Of a stretch of DNA of 64,000 bases, positions 63,101 to 64,000 are shown piece by piece. Position 1 is the stretch's first letter, and each line of letters begins with the position of its first letter. The DNA is from Ophelia neglecta (lineage: Eukaryota), in NCBI GenBank assembly GCA_965285935.1, contig OZ260667.1:7874001-7938000 (forward strand), read 5' to 3'. The translations under genes were made by a program, and so were the position numbers. The notes beneath the pieces were generated by a model, which had not been told where the DNA came from, did no database searches, and saw only the letters and a list, made by a program, of their open reading frames with translations.

Positions 63101-63561
63101 ACCAGAACTTGTGGTGGAATAGTTTCTCGCCATGGTGACTTTTTCATTCTATCTGCTACTTCCATACGAAAATCAGTTACTTGTCGTCCTGTTAGAGCCG
63201 CTAAGCTCACCTAGAAAAACGAAGATGGCCATCTTAGTCAATGTTGGACATATTTTCAACTGTTGATTCGTTTTCTTCCATATTCATTAAATTAAAGAAA
63301 AAGTAAAATTGATGTCTATTCAGGGCTGCAGAGTAGACAATAGTTTCACCGCGTAGCATTCATTAAGGAATATATATCTTTCAGTGTATATTAAATGATT
63401 GCAATAGAAATGCGACCCTAGTAAGCACGGTGCATTATTTGAAGACAAGAGTGTCGACATTTATTAAAATGTGTACCTACATGGAACACGGATTCGAAGG
63501 CCACTCTTGATTCTGCGTCCCTCCCATCGTTTCCCTTCCAGACGGACTCGGGACTTAACAC
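48185..63561 (-). CDS. Receptor (membrane) guanylyl cyclase, natriuretic-peptide-receptor-like; 5' end outside the window
   Basis: There are 23 phase-compatible exons totalling 2499 nt: 63481-63561, 63103-63210, 62638-62794, 62177-62307, 61194-61311, 60977-61061 ([27 protein letters not shown]), 60435-60549, 59459-59525, 56817-56900, 56450-56526, 55464-55568, 54752-54913 ([12 protein letters not shown]), 54432-54507, 53879-54028 (LWTSPE), 53269-53446, 52480-52617 (MEKYAYNLE), 51692-51815 ([11 protein letters not shown]), 51204-51272, 50778-50940 ([10 protein letters not shown]), 50167-50277 (MPRYCLFG), 49866-49957, 48772-48845 and 48185-48218. Confidence 0.93.
58009..58303 (+). mobile_element. 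tRNA-derived SINE with a Meta/MESC-like core
   Basis: Pol III A box TGGCCGAGGGG and B box GGTTCAAATCC, a central TGGTCAGCCCGTTGTCAGTATAATGTGACTGGGTGG, and a 3' tail TAAAACCTCAAACAGCCAACCAAC. The core assignment is from memory of such SINEs. Confidence 0.75.
61770..62208 (-). repeat. 41-bp tandem repeat of the exon 3' end plus splice donor of guanylyl cyclase exon 62177-62307
   Basis: Minus-strand unit TGAGATACTCCGCACAGCAAATGGCGGACGG|GTRAGTGATC; + strand anchors at 61801, 61842, 61883 ... 62129 and 62170. Confidence 0.92.
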
Positions 63562-64000
63562 CTGTGGATGGTTAAATTATTATATCCTAGAAGACAACAT
63601 ATTAACGTATTGACCATGGACAAGGTGCATAGATATTATAATAAAACTATCGGTTTACCAAAGTATAAACATTACTGATACAACCAATATTAATGAAACA
63701 GCAAAATTATAAGGTTCAGTTGTCTTGAAAACTATATAAATGTTTAAACATATGAAGAAAGCGTGGCAAAACGTATAGGTAGTAATGACAACGAAACAGA
63801 CACCTTTAAATGTTACAGCTTTAAATGTTACTATGTAACAATATTAATTCCATGTATGAGCGTCTTGACCACAGTAGCCCTTGGTAAGATTTCACGGACG
63901 GTTTAACCACAAAATGAACACTTATCAAACCTCTAAATTAGGTAGCATATCAATTGTGTAGAAAACGAAAGTGAGCATAAAACGCCTGCGGTCTTCTTTG

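Overview
This is AT-rich, intron-containing animal genomic DNA. A Meta/MESC-type tRNA-SINE hints at a lophotrochozoan, but that is inference. Bases 1-44.7 kb (+ strand) hold a head-to-tail array of five paralogous 9-exon genes for serine beta-lactamase-fold proteins (class C / family VIII esterase-like, 'beta-lactamase domain-containing protein 2'-like), with an N-terminal hydrophobic anchor where exon 1 is present. Copy A shows only its last 5 exons, B is complete but has an in-frame TGA, C and D are intact (about 425-426 aa), and E is a decayed fragment. Bases 48.2-63.6 kb (- strand) hold 23 phase-consistent exons of a receptor guanylyl cyclase (ANP-receptor type) whose 5' end lies outside the window. 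Introns and spacers carry many MITEs, a Harbinger-like remnant, a LINE fragment, a SINE and several minisatellites. Notable points: tandem repeats that multiply splice sites (a 104-bp acceptor array, a 41-bp donor array and exon-5 echoes), two alternating paralog types with near-identical core exons but a hypervariable exon 6, a His-to-Thr change in the third active-site motif, and two GC-AG introns. There is no CRISPR or other prokaryotic system. All exon coordinates were read by eye.
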